A stretch of 62,923 nucleotides of DNA, counting the filler, from Octopus bimaculoides (taxonomy: Eukaryota), in NCBI RefSeq assembly GCF_001194135.2. It is 4 parts of 4 records of this genome, joined end to end, with 100 filler letters (N's around TTAATTAATTAA, not from the genome) between each part and the next. Parts side by side here need not be neighbours in the genome. Positions count along the whole stretch, not along the records: positions 59,348 to 62,923 come from NW_026421347.1; 3 more parts are not named here. One strand, 5' to 3'. The notes under the pieces were generated by a model. It saw nothing but the letters and a program-made list of their open reading frames with translations. It was not told the DNA's origin and did no database searches. A program made the translations under genes and the position numbers. This document shows positions 62,150 through 62,923 of the stretch, in pieces; position 1 is the stretch's first letter, and each line of letters starts with the position of its first letter.

Positions 62150-62840
62150 CTGCTTCTATTTACATTATTTACATTTGACGGATATTTATGCTCATCTTGA
62201 TGAGGATAAATACCCGTCAAATGTAAATAATTTACATAATTCCTCATCTCTTAAATATAGAAGTGTATTATCTAATCGGTACGAGACCGACGTTAGACTT
62301 CAATGGAGACGTATAGAGAAACTCCATCAAAAACTAACTCGTCTTTCAAACTATCTAACTTTCCTGTGTAGATGTAGAGACTCAAAGCTAATACCACCTG
62401 GCTTGAATATAATGACATCAGTGGATTCATATAAAGCTGGAAGAGTAGCGGAAAGAGCAGGACATACCCTCGTCCGTGAGAGGATCCATTACAACCGTTG
62501 GAAAAAAAAAAACATCAGCTAAATAGCAAAGCCAAAGAGAGGTTATCTTCATTACTTAGGAAAATAACCAGAGACGATGATAGAAAGAGAATCCAACAGG
62601 ATCGAGAAAAGTTGTACATGAAAGAATTTGAAATGGTGAAGACACGCAAGATTAAGAAATTTGTGAAACTCAAAGGTCAAAGAGTGAAGACTGAAGTCCG
62701 TCACCCACCTGTGAAAGCAGTAATTAATGTAAGTAGCCGACATCTAGAAGGCTCTGAAGAAACAAGATGAGGATAAATATCCGTCAAATGTAAATAATGT
62801 AAAGAATGTACATAATTCACCATCTCTTAAATACGGAACA
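62150..62840 (+). mobile_element. Second Penelope locus: head-to-head pLTR stub, ORF N-terminus, then a restart of the same pLTR segment
   Basis: SLKYRSVLSNRYETDVRLQWRRIEKLHQKLTRLSNYLTFLCRCRDSKLIPPGLNIMT...VINVSSRHLEGSEE, homologous to 17370-17880; GATGAGGATAAATA.CCGTCAAATGTAAATAAT occurs inverted at ~62160-62196 and direct at 62199 and 62766. Confidence 0.9.
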
Positions 62841-62923
62841 TTGAGGGCACAACTAGTGTAAAACAACAACAAGACCAAACTAGTCAAGCGCCAATACTTT
62901 GATAAATACAAGGTCGGCCATCA

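Overview
AT-rich, repeat-saturated eukaryotic non-coding DNA from a gapped short-read-type assembly, with many N runs, often next to (TA)n. The repeat families, as I recall them, point to an octopus or other coleoid cephalopod; this is inference. No intact host protein gene, rRNA, tRNA gene or CRISPR array is supportable, and most listed ORFs are microsatellite or gap artefacts. The window holds decayed mobile DNA: a long-TIR Tc1 element, a mariner MITE, several foldback/inverted-repeat elements, five or six RTE-clade LINE relics, several Tx1/L1-clade fragments, one CR1-clade 3' end, three restriction-like-endonuclease (RLE) non-LTR elements sitting in (TAA)n or (CATA)n arrays, two Penelope-like element (PLE) loci and many tRNA-headed SINEs. 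There are four highlights. (1) A 502-bp TA-flanked inverted-repeat element (47785-48286) looks like a MITE but contains a type I hammerhead ribozyme with an intact catalytic core, and its second arm begins within 1 nt of the predicted self-cleavage site. (2) Two more minimal hammerheads occur, one in an inverted Penelope pLTR. (3) Modular SINEs carry 3' tails matching three different LINE clades (CR1, Tx1, RTE) that are all present in the window. (4) Two diverged RLE retrotransposons lie in tandem in a (CATA)n microsatellite.
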